The position numbers were made by a program, and so were the translations under genes. This document shows positions 50,633-60,032 of a stretch of 64,000 nt of DNA, one piece after another (positions within the stretch are counted from its first letter, which is position 1; every line of letters begins with the position of its first letter). The notes under the pieces were generated by a model. The model was not told the origin of the DNA, ran no database searches, and saw only the letters and a list, made by a program, of their open reading frames with translations. Origin of the DNA: a virus (taxonomy: Duplodnaviria > Caudoviricetes); IMG/VR virus record IMGVR_UViG_3300042462_000099, positions 7,881-71,880 of that record; one strand, 5' to 3'.

Positions 50633-50734
50633 TTATTTTTTAACTTTAAAAACTTTTACATTTCCATTTGTTGAAATTTTTATTGCTGACGGTAATTGAA
50701 TGGGAGTTATATGGGATACTTTTATAATTGGCAT
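50633..50734 (-). CDS. 33-aa basic peptide
   Basis: Manual translation MPIIKVSHITPIQLPSAIKISTNGNVKVFKVKK; TAATG coupling. Confidence 0.5.
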   Translation of the reverse strand: MPIIKVSHITPIQLPSAIKISTNGNVKVFKVKK

Positions 50735-51111
50735 TAGATGGTACCTGTAATATCGCCAATCACATTTATTGTTCCAATAACTGGAGTCCATACAGTATCG
50801 TCAATTTTAACTTGAAGATCAAAAATTAATTCAGAAACTATACTTTTATAGGTTGTTCCCCAATAAGATGTTATATCTGGAGAAGCGGTAACAACTACAT
50901 ATCCAGGATGTGAAGAAACTACTAAATCATCAATTATCTGAGTTTTTGGATCATAGGAACTTGCTTTAAAAATCCAGCCAGTAGTATCAAATAATGAGAC
51001 TTCATCATTTTCTAAAAAGTCGATTCTTATAGTTGCAGTATCACCACGAACTACAGACCACTTGATATTTATCGGGTCATAGCCAAAAACTTCAGGTCCA
51101 CAGATAGTCAT
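50734..51111 (-). CDS. BppU-like Ig-fold virion protein (paralog 3)
   Basis: VRGDT...FDLQV...WTPVIGTI; TGGTATAAT upstream. Confidence 0.6.
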   Translation of the reverse strand: MTICGPEVFGYDPINIKWSVVRGDTATIRIDFLENDEVSLFDTTGWIFKASSYDPKTQIIDDLVVSSHPGYVVVTASPDITSYWGTTYKSIVSELIFDLQVKIDDTVWTPVIGTINVIGDITGTI

Positions 51112-51376
51112 AATACTAGATTATACCATGAAAAATGACTAATACCATGATCGGTGGGTATAGGACAAACCATGGTATTAGACTATAAAATTGTACCACA
51201 AAAAGGGACAATCTGGACATGATATTAAAGTTTACCAAACTGTTACAATTGGATATGTCCGTTTTGTTACTATAAGTCTATTTTAGCCATGTATTGGATA
51301 GTGTATACTAAATATATATAAGAAAAAAGAACTATCTTTATAGTTTTAAAAGATATCTTATATATAGTATATATAG

Positions 51377-51628
51377 TTACTTGGATTTTGCAATATACTC
51401 AATAAGAATATCATACATGTGATCTAATTTTCGATCCATATCTTTTCTTTTGGTATCTGCTTCGTTTAGACGACTCTCTAATCTTGAAACTTGATCTTTG
51501 ATACTTGATCCTGAATTTGGTTTAAGTTCGCTTAAGTAATGTCTCACCAGCCACTTGATTGCAAAGGCTATAGATGATACAATTGTTAGAATGGCTACTA
51601 TAAGGGAAGCCCAGTCTTGTACTGTCAT
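51377..51628 (-). CDS. membrane protein, possible holin
   Basis: One N-terminal TM helix, PNSGSSIKDQVSRLE motif and coiled coil, as in actinophage membrane proteins. Confidence 0.55.
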   Translation of the reverse strand: MTVQDWASLIVAILTIVSSIAFAIKWLVRHYLSELKPNSGSSIKDQVSRLESRLNEADTKRKDMDRKLDHMYDILIEYIAKSK

Positions 51629-51660
51629 AATAAGATTATTATAAGGGGTGTATTTTAAAA

Positions 51661-52431
51661 ATGAAAACACAGATACTTAAAACACTTGAGCATTCTAAGA
51701 ATTTAATTATATCCCCTGACATGGATGGTTTTATGACCGCAAAATTATTGGAGCGTTTTAACGGTTCGAAAATAGTGGGTTCGTACGATAAAAATCTTTT
51801 ATGTCTCGCCGACGGGATCTCCCCAGAGGAATGCTTATTTGTAGACTGTGACATGAATCGAGAAGGTTTTGTTTCACTCGGAAATCATATGCGTTTAATA
51901 GAGGATGCTATGTCTTCTAAGTCGTTCAATCCGAATGTACACTTCGGCGTGACGACATATAGCGACAAGTTTCCTTACGCAACTGCGTTTTTAATTTCGT
52001 TCGCAACAGAGGTTCAAACCTCCGAATCTGACCTTATACGCATGGCCTTTGCTGATTCAACTCTACGCAATATGGAAAAGTACAGCAACAACATGCGAAA
52101 CTGGTCAACACGGATGGAACATCCTGCAATAAAGTACATAATAGACAATTCGGACATTGCACGGGATAACGATAAGCAAGCAAGATTTGAATATGTTGAT
52201 CAATCATTTACATCTAAGAGATACGGCAAGGAACGTTACCTCAATACCCTTAATACGGCCCTAGAAGCCCAGCAGATGAGTTTTGAGCCATTAGTCCAGG
52301 GTGTTAAGTATATGGCTGACAAAGTAGGCCGAAACACCTTGGTACGATATCAAAAAGATATAATCTCATATGCTGAAATATTTACAGATGAATATAGCGT
52401 GACATATGACCAGGAAATAGAGTGGAAATAA
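51661..52431 (+). CDS. DHH-like phosphoesterase domain protein
   Basis: SPDMDG, LFVDCD and LGNH resemble DHH motifs I-III (variant third motif). Confidence 0.5.
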   Translation: MKTQILKTLEHSKNLIISPDMDGFMTAKLLERFNGSKIVGSYDKNLLCLADGISPEECLFVDCDMNREGFVSLGNHMRLIEDAMSSKSFNPNVHFGVTTYSDKFPYATAFLISFATEVQTSESDLIRMAFADSTLRNMEKYSNNMRNWSTRMEHPAIKYIIDNSDIARDNDKQARFEYVDQSFTSKRYGKERYLNTLNTALEAQQMSFEPLVQGVKYMADKVGRNTLVRYQKDIISYAEIFTDEYSVTYDQEIEWK

Positions 52432-52434
52432 GGT

Positions 52435-52463
52435 TTGACGGATATTTGCCAATACGCTATAAT
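52435..52463 (+). promoter_or_regulatory. sigma70-type promoter
   Basis: TTGACG-N17-TATAAT. Confidence 0.7.
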
Positions 52464-52513
52464 AGTTATACAACCGTTTTCGGTTTAACATGTTAACACC
52501 AGAGGAGAATACA

Positions 52514-52699
52514 ATGAAGGATACAGCAGTAGAAATTATGTCTGAGACTGTTGAACAGTTTAATAGACAAATGGCAGCACAGCAAAATATGGATCCCGCC
52601 GAAATTGAAAAAATCATTAACGAGCAGTCTTATCAACTTCGTTATATGAATGGCATTATTTACGATGCATTAAAAGATAACGGTCATATTACAGAATAA
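52514..52699 (+). CDS. hypothetical protein
   Basis: GAGGAG SD before ATG 52514. Confidence 0.7.
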   Translation: MKDTAVEIMSETVEQFNRQMAAQQNMDPAEIEKIINEQSYQLRYMNGIIYDALKDNGHITE

Positions 52700-53205
52700 T
52701 GACTGATGCCAAAAGTGAAGAAGACTTTTGTTTTCTATGCCCCGAAAATTCTAAAGAATGTAAAATTTGGAACCACGTAGGGGTCACTTTTGGACAAAAC
52801 GATACCAGATATCTATCTGTGTATATAGATCATGATTTTGAACAATACCAAACCTTAAACCTTGACAATGAACATAATCCCATATACCAAAATGAAAAAT
52901 ACTATGTGCATGAAGAGTTGTTTCCAAATACACCTTTTGAATTAGTTTTTATTCCAAATAAACATTATCGACAAACCAACGATATGTTAAATAGCCAAGA
53001 AGGACTTAGTACCTTTGCAGATATAGTGCAAACTATAAATGATCTTAGAGTGTATTTGGATATAGATGAGATATCTATTCATTTTAATGATCGATCCCCG
53101 AATTTTATTGGACTTATGGAGCATCCTCATATACATATAGCCACTCATAGCAAATCTGAAAATTTATATCAGAGAGCGAGAGACTTTTTTAATGAAAAAC
53201 CATGA
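52699..53205 (+). CDS. HIT-family (histidine triad) nucleotide hydrolase-like protein
   Basis: N-terminal CFLC, IPNKH and C-terminal HPHIHI triad. Confidence 0.7.
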   Translation: MTDAKSEEDFCFLCPENSKECKIWNHVGVTFGQNDTRYLSVYIDHDFEQYQTLNLDNEHNPIYQNEKYYVHEELFPNTPFELVFIPNKHYRQTNDMLNSQEGLSTFADIVQTINDLRVYLDIDEISIHFNDRSPNFIGLMEHPHIHIATHSKSENLYQRARDFFNEKP

Positions 53206-53365
53206 AAATAAAGAGTGGTTAGAAATCCAATATGTAGACCAGGAAAAATCTATTGATACATTAGCCAAGATGTGTAATGTAGATAGAAAAGTTATTATAA
53301 ATGCTTTAAATGACTTCCAGATCTATAGAAAGTATAATACGGATAAACATCCTAAGCGTTGGTAG
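53192..53365 (+). CDS. small helix-turn-helix DNA-binding protein
   Basis: Manual translation MKNHENKEWLEIQYVDQEKSIDTLAKMCNVDRKVIINALNDFQI... Confidence 0.65.
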   Translation: MKNHENKEWLEIQYVDQEKSIDTLAKMCNVDRKVIINALNDFQIYRKYNTDKHPKRW

Positions 53366-53558
53366 GTCTTCCTAAGTCTTCCCAGAAAATTTCTCTACCC
53401 ATGTTATCTGTTACTGGCATAGACTTAGATTCACATTCTGCACAGACAGTTTCTGAAAATATTTTTACAGCAAGACTATCCATTTCTGGCTTATATAATG
53501 AACTTTCAAAATTAAATTCATCATCTAAGGCATTCTCCAAATTGTCTAAAATTCCCAT
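53352..53558 (-). CDS. hypothetical protein
   Basis: ORF track; TGGTAAAAT -10 just upstream of ATG. Confidence 0.6.
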   Translation of the reverse strand: MGILDNLENALDDEFNFESSLYKPEMDSLAVKIFSETVCAECESKSMPVTDNMGREIFWEDLGRPTNA

Positions 53559-53627
53559 AGTTCATTTTACCATAAATCTGAAAATATTGTTCAGATGTAT
53601 GATACGTGTTTATAAAAATAAAATGAC

Positions 53628-53659
53628 AAAAAAATAGTGCGCCCATAACAGACGCACTA
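53628..53659 (-). terminator. intrinsic terminator of the leftward early unit
   Basis: TAGTGCGTC-tgttatg-GGCGCACTA followed by a T-run on the minus strand. Confidence 0.75.
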
Positions 53660-53674
53660 AGATTTATTTATTTG

Positions 53675-53863
53675 TCAAACCTTTTTAGCCTTACCTTGTA
53701 TCCAACCTGAGTGGATACCAGCAAGTGGTGCGTCTATATTGATAGCCGTACCTATTGGTAGCACTTCCGCATAGCGGTCAATGAAGGATAGTACATTCTC
53801 CTTGTTAGGAAATTCCATCTTCTTAGTAGTACCTGTAACGCTTGTTAGTGTTGCTGTTATCAT
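53675..53863 (-). CDS. small early protein (paralog of 54580..54756)
   Basis: GGAGG SD; MITATLTSVTGTTKKMEF. Confidence 0.7.
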   Translation of the reverse strand: MITATLTSVTGTTKKMEFPNKENVLSFIDRYAEVLPIGTAINIDAPLAGIHSGWIQGKAKKV

Positions 53864-53983
53864 TTATTTACCTCCTAATATAAAACATAGTGCTATTGCT
53901 ATAACTACTCCGATAAACGCTCCTATTGGTGCGTAATCAGCGTTCTCATCTAACCAATCAATCATATATGTAAATGGGTTCAT
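53864..53983 (-). CDS. 39-aa membrane peptide
   Basis: Manual translation with hydrophobic IGAFIGVVIAIALCFIL. Confidence 0.6.
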   Translation of the reverse strand: MNPFTYMIDWLDENADYAPIGAFIGVVIAIALCFILGGK

Positions 53984-53984
53984 C

Positions 53985-54104
53985 TTAGTATGTATCCTCT
54001 ACGCCTAATTCATAGGCTTTGTTTAGTAGTTCAATAAGGGCTGGTGTTACATCAAATCCGTTAGCAGTAATCATCTCTGCGAGAGTGTCCTTTGGGTACA
54101 TCAT
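53985..54104 (-). CDS. 39-aa hypothetical protein
   Basis: AAAGGA SD; MMYPKDTLAEM...AYELG. Confidence 0.6.
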   Translation of the reverse strand: MMYPKDTLAEMITANGFDVTPALIELLNKAYELGVEDTY

Positions 54105-54135
54105 TTGTTTATCCTTTGTTTGTTGTTATATGGCA

Positions 54136-54344
54136 AGTATAGCAGGATAGACTGACAAAAGCAACTCGACACGCCGTATATAGGGCCTATGTCTATGTGA
54201 TATACACCACATCGATCCCCTAGAAAAAGTTATCCACAGGGTGATGTGTATAAGTAATGTGATGTACCTCATATGTGACTAATCTCACAATGTCCGATTT
54301 ACCCTATTTATACCCCTCAAAATGTCAGACCCCCCTGCTACAAT
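54136..54344. promoter_or_regulatory. divergent early control region: two TGTCAG-N10-(-10) promoters, DnaA boxes, CRP-type sites, GACAC site
   Basis: TTATCCACA 54230-54238, TGTGTATAA 54245-54253, TGTGA-N6-TCACA 54274-54289, CGACACGC 54167-54174. Confidence 0.8.
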
Positions 54345-54400
54345 TACAGTATAAAGAAAAACAAGAGGTAAAGAAATCCTCTAAAGAAAGGTGGTCTAAA

Positions 54401-54580
54401 ATGACTACACTAACAATAACAAAATGCGTTGAGCATAACCCTATGAAATCTGCTATCTCCGAAATTGGTGATGAGCAATTTACTTTCTGCCAAGATTGTG
54501 AAAATAACATTGAGCGTTGGTATAACGATACCGACCCTGAGCGTCTGCCTATGTGGACAGATTGGAAGGTGTCTAAGTAA
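54401..54580 (+). CDS. small Zn-binding early protein
   Basis: GAAAGG SD; CVEH...CQDC. Confidence 0.7.
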   Translation: MTTLTITKCVEHNPMKSAISEIGDEQFTFCQDCENNIERWYNDTDPERLPMWTDWKVSK

Positions 54581-55415
54581 TGATTACTCTTACACTTACA
54601 TCTTACAATGGTAACACTAAGAAAATGCCTTTCGTTACCGAACAAAAATTGCGTGAGTTTATCTCTGCGCTACCTTCACAATTAAATAAATCAACAACTC
54701 TAAAAGTAGAGTGCGACCTGTTAGCAATTAACGGAATTATTAGAGGGGAAAAATAAATGAGTATTTGGACTAAGTTCGCTACTGTAAGCGATTACCCTAA
54801 AGGCTTAATGAACCTATGCCCTTGCGGTCAGGTTGTATTAGCCCCCGCCCTGTATCACGAAGGGCAACCTTATTGGGAAAATCCTAATAAGTGTAAAGAA
54901 TTATTCGAAGGAGTAAAATAATGAGTACCTATGTAAGCCTCGCCTCTGTATGTGGCGCAACATCAGCAAGCGTTGATGTCTATGACTTAGACCTTAACCC
55001 TCACGGCGTTATCTGTTGCGATAACTGTGAGTCAATTATTCTATGCCGTAAGGCTTGGGACTTTCTCTATAAGGTAGGTAAGTAATGATAAAAGATGAAT
55101 TGCGTGATGAAGCAGTTAAATTAGCAAAAGAAAAATACGGTGATAACTGGTTAGCAGGTCTATGGGGTTGCGCTGGTGTATTGCTAACAGAAAAAGATTT
55201 TAAAGTTATAATTAGCGTAATGGAGAAATAAAATGAAAACACTTCAAGAAAAACTTGACGCAGTAGCGTTAGAATTAGAGCCAGTACTTTGGGATTTACT
55301 AAATGAAATTGAGGAAAAATAAATGAGTAACTTTTTTATTAGCGGTAACGCATTGTTTTGGTTTTCTTTTATTTGCTTATTCTATGGATCTTATTTATTC
55401 GTGAAGGGCGAATAA
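54580..55415 (+). other. cluster of six coupled tiny ORFs (54580-54756, 54757-54921, 54921-55085, 55085-55231, 55233-55322, 55323-55415)
   Basis: Manual translation; TAATG/TAAATG coupling and SD-like purine runs; two are Cys-rich, the last is hydrophobic. Confidence 0.65.
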
Positions 55416-55420
55416 AAAAA

Positions 55421-55645
55421 CCTAGCAAAAAGTTATCCACAGGGGTGTGTATAACTAATGTGAGATTAATCACATACGACACGCCGTGTTTAGATTTGAC
55501 TTTTTGACATTTCTTTGCTATACTTACATAGTAAGAACAATTAAATAAAGACATTAGCCAATGAGCCTAAGCAAATAAGTGTGAGATAAATCACAATGAG
55601 CCTTAGCAAATAAGTGGCAAAAATGTCAGCCCCCCCTGATAGGAT
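55421..55645 (+). promoter_or_regulatory. regulatory cassette: DnaA box pair, two CRP-type palindromes, GACAC site, two promoters, 23-bp direct repeat
   Basis: TTATCCACA 55433-55441, TGTGTATAA 55446-55454, TGTGA-N6-TCACA 55459-55474 and 55580-55595, TTGACT-N17-TATACT, TGTCAG-N10-TAGGAT. Confidence 0.8.
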
Positions 55646-55676
55646 AGTATTATCACTTAAAGAAAGGTCAGAATAA

Positions 55677-56654
55677 ATGACACTTGAAGAATACAAGCAA
55701 ATGGTAGAGGCTCAACGCCTTGCCTCATTAGGTAAAGGCTTAGAAGCCCTACTGAAATCAAAAGCAATACAAGAACAAATGAAAGAAGGCAAATAATGTC
55801 AGCAAATGTTTATACAATCGAAAACCTACTTGTAGGAAAAACTTATCACTCAAAAACTCTAAAGGGTGAAATTATCTCAGCAGAAAAGTCTGATGTCTGG
55901 TACGCAGATTGCGAGTCTTATCGTGTTAAGGTACGCCCTCACTATCCCTCAGTATTTAATCTAAAAGATACATACCGAATACTTGCCGTAAAGGTTGGTG
56001 ACTAAATGATAAACTCAGTTATGTCGATACCCTGCGAGGAATGCCACTCAACAGGTTTAATCTTTTTTGGCGATAATGATAATTTTGATGTCGAAACTTG
56101 TGAATGCGATTTTGGCATTGAGCAAGACCTAAACCAATTTAACAACTAAAGAATAGGAAATAAATAAATGATAAAAGTAGAACACAAACTCCGTTTCGTT
56201 ACCGAATTTGATGAGACTCATCCAATAGCACAAGAATTCTTGCGCCTTGATGAAGTTTCTCAAATTCATCTTTTAGAATCAATGCTAAAAGATTTACTAA
56301 CTCCAAAACTAAAACCAGTGCTTGATGAAATCAATGCTAACGGGTCCTACGCAATTCTAAAGGTGGCCGAATAATGAGCGACTATTTAGACTACATTGAT
56401 GAAATCTATGAAGAATTGGTAGATGAATTTGGACACGAATCAGAAAGCGAGTGTACTCACAAATGATGACACGAAAAGACTATGTCGCAACTGCTGAAAT
56501 TCTAAAAAGTTATTCAGATTTAATTGACCAATTTACTTTTGAAGATTTAATCTATGACTTTTCAGATATGTTTTTATCAGATAACCCACGCTTTAACCCA
56601 ATGACTTTTAAAATTGCGTGTGGTGTAAATGATTTAGCAAATAGTAATTCATAA
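55677..56654 (+). other. early operon of small ORFs (55677-55796, 55796-56005, 56006-56149, 56168-56374, 56374-56466, 56463-56654)
   Basis: ORF track plus manual translation; overlapping start/stops; 56006 has CEEC/CEC; the last has the TRKDY...NPRF pattern. Confidence 0.7.
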
Positions 56655-56661
56655 TAAATAA

Positions 56662-56690
56662 AAATCCTGAGCAAGATCTAAAACTGCTCA
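56662..56690 (+). ncRNA. candidate H-type pseudoknot RNA motif, copy 1
   Basis: ATC-CTGAGCAA-GAT-ctaaaa-CTGCTCA, 8 nt after a stop codon. Confidence 0.65.
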
Positions 56691-56697
56691 AATTTTT

Positions 56698-56864
56698 TCT
56701 AGGCAATTTACCTAGCGTGTCGTCCACAGGTTATCCACAAGTCATTTAAGAAGTTATTTACGACACGCCCGAAATTTTGTGAGTTTTATCACATAGGTTG
56801 AGCGTCTTACTATTTGGAATTACTCGCCAGTAGGTAGATAAATGTCAGCCGAAGATGATAGGAT
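56698..56864 (+). promoter_or_regulatory. regulatory cassette: GACAC sites, DnaA box, CRP-type site, TGTCAG promoter
   Basis: GCGTGTCG 56715, TTATCCACA 56731-56739, CGACACGC 56761, TGTGA-N6-TCACA 56778-56793, TGTCAG-N10-TAGGAT 56843-56864. Confidence 0.8.
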
Positions 56865-56897
56865 TACATAGTAATAAGATAAAGAAAGAAGGCAGAA

Positions 56898-58259
56898 ATG
56901 ACCTCAGTAATAATAGACCAAAATGAGTTTTATCTCATTAAAGATGAAATGCGTTTTTGTTGTGATGAGTCACAATTTAAATACATTTGTAAAGCACACG
57001 GCGAAAGTATGGGTTGCTACTTTTGCGAATTTGATTACTCTAATGATTGCGAGGAACAACACTAATGGGATACATTGAGATTTTTAGAATTGACAACGAA
57101 GGCGCAGGTTGGGTAGACTTGGAGCAAGCCACGCCAGATGAGTTATTTAAGTTAGAGGTTGGATTACTTAATGAAGGCGCACTATTTACAACTAAGGAGA
57201 ACGACTAATGGAAAATGAATACCTATACGCAGTAACAGTATCGTATGACAGTAAGCCCGTACATTGGACAGGGCGTTACTCAGACGCAGTATCCGCAGTT
57301 AGCGTGTTTAATAGTTTTGAGGATTGGGGATTTGCTGATGAATACTCAACAGTTAATTTCTCAGAGCCTTCAGGAAAATTACACACTAAGACTTTCTATC
57401 GTGAAGGCAGAAGGGTAGTGAGTAAGTAATGGAAATTTTTGAGTTTAATACTTTCATAAATGTCGAGGCTGAATCCTACGATGAGGCTATTGATACATTT
57501 CAATTCCAATTAAAGTATGGAATAAATAAAGATAATGTCTATGTCGCAGACATAAATCAATTAACTAACAACAACGAAAGCGTAGAGGTATAAATAATGG
57601 GAAGCGTAACAGCAATTGGATTAGCAGATAGCGTTTTAGATTTAGAAACACAATTAGCCTATCACTTACAGGGTAATCACTACCCACCCGTACCACTTTC
57701 TATGGTACAACCTTGTATTGATGCTATTGACGCATACTATGATGAGGACTATGATAGATTTATTGCTATGCCCGAAGGCGTATTCTATAAGGGTATGAGC
57801 CACGCACCTGCCCACGCTATTGTAGACCAACACCACCTATCTTGGTTTATTGACCCAGTAGACGAATACGAGGATGAAGACTAATGATGACTTTAGCCCC
57901 CATAGATAAATGCCCTTGCGTTAAACACGATTGTAAGAATCAAGATGATTACACAAAAATGGAAGACACTTGCGAAGAGTGTTTTATGGATTGCGTAGAG
58001 ATGGATGGATAAAATGTCTGATACAATGAAAACTATGGAATTGATCAAAGCCGATAACTTAACACCAGACCAACTAATGCTTGGTGATTTAATTAAAATT
58101 GGTGATGACATCGTTGAAGTTATTTTTATTGAAAGTGATTCTACTGGAGATAACTATGACATTGAAATAGAAAATGAGTTTGGCGAAAGAGAAGTTAATC
58201 AGTATAGTTACACTGATACAATTCCTCTCTATGTTTTTGTAGATGAGTCTGACGAGTAA
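56898..58259 (+). other. early operon of small acidic ORFs (56898-57065, 57065-57208, 57208-57429, 57429-57593, 57597-57884, 57884-58012, ~58014-58259)
   Basis: ORF track plus manual translation; TAATG coupling; several Cys-rich; 57597 has HLQGNHYPP...HHL. Confidence 0.7.
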
Positions 58260-58297
58260 TAAGAATTAATTTTGTGTGCTTCCCCGCACAAAATTTT

Positions 58298-58365
58298 CTA
58301 GCGTGTCGATGTGAGATTGATCACAGATTTAAGATTTGACATTTTAAGATGATGTATGCTAAGAT
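58298..58365 (+). promoter_or_regulatory. GACAC site + CRP-type site + sigma70 promoter
   Basis: GCGTGTCG 58301, TGTGA-N6-TCACA 58310-58325, TTGACA-N18-TAAGAT; leaderless ATG 58372. Confidence 0.75.
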
Positions 58366-58371
58366 TAGTTT

Positions 58372-58515
58372 ATGACAACAAAGAAAAACGCTGAGGAATT
58401 ACGCAGACTTATGGAACTCCGTAGGTCTAACGCTGCTTCTGCCGTACCTTCTAAAAAGGCTTACAACCGTAAGAAATGTCAGTCCGAACTGCTACAATTA
58501 AAATATAACAACTAA
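58372..58515 (+). CDS. basic small protein
   Basis: MTTKKNAEELRRLMELRRSNAASAVPSKKAYNRK. Confidence 0.65.
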   Translation: MTTKKNAEELRRLMELRRSNAASAVPSKKAYNRKKCQSELLQLKYNN

Positions 58516-58531
58516 GAAAGGTCGCCCCACT

Positions 58532-58708
58532 ATGACATTCGAAAACGATGAAATCTATGATGAATACTACGCAACAACCTGCCCTGAATGTAAAGAAAAT
58601 GCCGTTGACGCATATGAAGAAAAGTGTACACACTGCTTACTTGAAGAAATGTCTTATACCTATAATGAAGACATTGCCTTAGAGATGAGCCTTGGCCTTG
58701 ACTACTAA
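58532..58708 (+). CDS. acidic Zn-ribbon small protein
   Basis: GAAAGG SD; CPEC...CTHC. Confidence 0.65.
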   Translation: MTFENDEIYDEYYATTCPECKENAVDAYEEKCTHCLLEEMSYTYNEDIALEMSLGLDY

Positions 58709-59432
58709 TACCCTTAAACTAAAAAGATCTAACGATAGAAAGGTGGCTAACCTTGTCACAAAAAATGGAAAGCAAGCCGCAATTGCCAACACTTTTGGAT
58801 TACCTGCTGGAAAGGCTTACTCGTGCCCTGGTGCTACCAGTGTTTGTGAAAGTGTTTGCTACGCAGGAAAACTTGAAAAAGTCTTCCCTTCAGTAAAGGT
58901 TAATCTATTACACAATTGGTCCCTGCTAAAAGACGCAGACTATTTAACTATGCTTAATTTAATTAGTGAGATGATTGCTGATTTTAAGGCTGATTGTATA
59001 AAGAAAGACGCCCCTATGCTATTTCGCATTCATTGGGACGGTGACTTCTTTAACGATACTTATACCACTGCCTGGTCCGATGTAATCAAACTTAATCCTG
59101 ATATTCAATTCTGGGTTTACACTCGTGTTAAGTCTGCTGCTCTCATCCTTAAGGATATTGAAAACCTGTCTCTTTACTTTAGCACTGATAGTGAGAATGT
59201 AAAAACTGGTGTTGATCTAAAAATTAATCAAGGTGTTCGTTTAGCATACCTTGCTAAGAATTTTGCTATTGGCCAAACAGATATGAAAGAAATGATTGGT
59301 AAGCCTGGTGCTAAGTGTCCTGAAAATCTAAAATCAATTCCACTTATCTCAACTAATGGAAGCGCTTGCGTTTCTTGCGGATTGTGTGTATACTCTAAAG
59401 CAGACATAGTTTTTTCTGCTACTAAGAAATGA
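58692..59432 (+). CDS. gp88-like protein (radical-SAM-related, Fe-S)
   Basis: CPGATSVCESVCYA, FRIHWDGDF, WVYTR, C-terminal CP...CVSCGLC as in the mycobacteriophage gene 88 family. Confidence 0.8.
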   Translation: MALTTNTLKLKRSNDRKVANLVTKNGKQAAIANTFGLPAGKAYSCPGATSVCESVCYAGKLEKVFPSVKVNLLHNWSLLKDADYLTMLNLISEMIADFKADCIKKDAPMLFRIHWDGDFFNDTYTTAWSDVIKLNPDIQFWVYTRVKSAALILKDIENLSLYFSTDSENVKTGVDLKINQGVRLAYLAKNFAIGQTDMKEMIGKPGAKCPENLKSIPLISTNGSACVSCGLCVYSKADIVFSATKK

Positions 59433-59761
59433 GATAAATGAAAATTGCATTTGTAATGATACTAACATATATAATCATAATTACTTTTTTTTCAAGTCCC
59501 CGCTGAAAAGTGGAGGGCCTAGAAAAATCCTAGCGCAAAACTTTTGGTTTGTCAAGCATTTAAGATGTGTTTAAGATCACACCCAAAACCCCTCCCGATT
59601 TGACATTTATGACATTTTTGTGCTACACTTATACTATAAACAAAACAAGGTAAAACTAAATAAACAGTTTCACATAGTGAGATTATCAGATAATAATTTG
59701 ATAAATGTCAGTAGGAAATGTTATACTTAGGTATTACCCAAACAGAAAAGGAAAAACAAAA

Positions 59762-59929
59762 ATGGCAGTAACAAACGCAACTTACAAGGTAGGCGACCTA
59801 TACACTTCACAGAAGTCAAAGGTAACAGGCACTATCCAAGAAATCTCACCAAGCAAGGACGGACAATCAGTTCGTATCAAGTTAGATGTCAATGGCGCAA
59901 CACGCTACACAACTTGGACAGCCAAGTAA
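59762..59929 (+). CDS. small SH3/KOW-like protein
   Basis: YKVGD...GTIQEI...VRIKL; AAAGGA SD; TGTCAG promoter upstream. Confidence 0.65.
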   Translation: MAVTNATYKVGDLYTSQKSKVTGTIQEISPSKDGQSVRIKLDVNGATRYTTWTAK

Positions 59930-59940
59930 TCTAATTACTT

Positions 59941-59968
59941 ATTCCTGAGCAAGAATTAAAAAGGCTCA
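59941..59968 (+). ncRNA. candidate pseudoknot RNA motif, copy 2
   Basis: ATTC-CTGAGCAA-GAAT-taaaaag-GCTCA. Confidence 0.65.
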
Positions 59969-60032
59969 CTTAAATGTCAGACCCCCACGCTATAATAGAT
60001 AAATACCCCACAAACAGAAAAGAGATAAAAAG

